DNA from: Thermodesulfobacteriota bacterium
GTDB taxonomy: Bacteria; Desulfobacterota; Desulfobulbia; Desulfobulbales; JAGXFP01
Length of the DNA stretch: 64,000 nt
Assembly: GCA_039714535.1 (NCBI GenBank)
Contig: JBDLJC010000011.1
Location: 3,184 to 67,183, forward strand
Direction: 5' to 3'
Each line of letters begins with the position of its first letter. Position 1 is the first letter of the stretch. The notes beneath the pieces were generated by a model that was not told the DNA's origin, did not search any database, and was given only the letters and a program-made list of their open reading frames with translations. The translations under genes and the position numbers were made by a program. Positions 63,522-64,000 of this stretch are shown in pieces.

Positions 63522-64000
63522 ATGCAGGAAGAAGTGATCATCAACCCCCATAGAGAAAAGGGCGAACCTGAACTACCCGGGACCGGCATATTATGTATTA
63601 ATCCCGGCGATTCGCGATACCTTTCCTCGCAGGCGGCTAAACTGGGCACCACCCGCCATTTTCTTTTTAACAGTAACCTTCATGTTATCCCTGAAAGCAC
63701 AGGCGCTAATGGCGTTTTTATTGCCGGACCGGCGGTCGGTGCTCCCATGGCGGTTATGACCATCGAAAAACTTATCGCCTTGGGCGCAAAAAAGATTATT
63801 GTCTGTGGCTGGTGCGGCTCCTTGAGTCCGGAACTGGCAATAGGCGATACCCTGCTTCCCACCTGGGGGATTAGCGAAGAAGGAACCTCGAGGCACTATC
63901 CAATCAAGGGCCGGGCCCGCAGTTCCCCGGAACTTCGTGAAACACTGGCTGGTTATTTGCGGCAAAAAGGTCTAGTCGGCCAGGAAGGGCCGATATGGAC
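63522..64000 (+). CDS. nucleoside phosphorylase family protein (PNP_UDP_1), partial, runs off the window end
   Basis: An open frame from the ATG at 63522 to the window end is absent from the track because it has no stop. Its product is MQEEVIINPHREKGEPELPGTGILCINPGDSRY ... GVFIAGPAVGAPMAVMTIEKLIALGAKKIIVCGWCGSL ... GISEEGTSRHY. This resembles uridine, purine or MTA nucleoside phosphorylases. Confidence 0.7.
   Translation, partial: MQEEVIINPHREKGEPELPGTGILCINPGDSRYLSSQAAKLGTTRHFLFNSNLHVIPESTGANGVFIAGPAVGAPMAVMTIEKLIALGAKKIIVCGWCGSLSPELAIGDTLLPTWGISEEGTSRHYPIKGRARSSPELRETLAGYLRQKGLVGQEGPIW

Overview
This is a chromosomal segment with hand-counted GC near 50-57% outside one low-GC block. It is dominated by core housekeeping genes that usually sit near a replication origin: dnaN-gyrB-gyrA, parA-parB preceded by two perfect parS palindromes, and atpZ-atpI-atpB-atpE. 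Other core genes are ahcY-metK, clpS-clpA, holA, recQ, nfo, icd (monomeric type), pyrK-pyrD, hemL, gpsA, mtnA, pit plus its DUF47 partner, and a DEAD-box helicase. The protein sequences look Desulfobacterota-like, but that is only an impression and cannot be verified here. No rRNA, tRNA or CRISPR array was found by eye.

The non-core content is:
- An IS4-family element with 13-bp terminal inverted repeats and a 9-bp target duplication. Its transposase is frameshifted.
- An internally deleted IS5-family element with perfect 19-bp inverted repeats that truncates an SPFH gene. A phd/relE toxin-antitoxin pair lies next to it.
- A truncated histidine-kinase paralog next to an IS3-like scrap.
- A 7-kb same-strand block of poorly characterised envelope, lipid and DUF genes between these scars.

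The observations most worth a second look are:
- A sharp low-GC block (about 30480-32670) that starts inside an intact serine-hydrolase ORF. It covers a 390-bp very AT-rich gap and all of dnaN, and no dnaA is present.
- A roughly 110-bp structured intergenic element present twice, just upstream of the epimerase gene and of gyrA. An internal hairpin is kept at the same position with a different sequence in each copy.
- An ORF of 46 codons, below the track length cutoff, with a strong Shine-Dalgarno site and a signal peptide. The predicted mature peptide starts His-Cys-Asp, and the gene lies next to a DUF4242 (SCO4226-like) gene.
- A four-copy TTCGATGTT palindromic array between gyrA and gpsA.
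- Long homopolymer tracts, G8 inside an exported-protein gene and C11/G9 bracketing a HAD hydrolase gene.

I did not find a clear multi-gene novel system. The candidates above are hypotheses that need database and expression checks.
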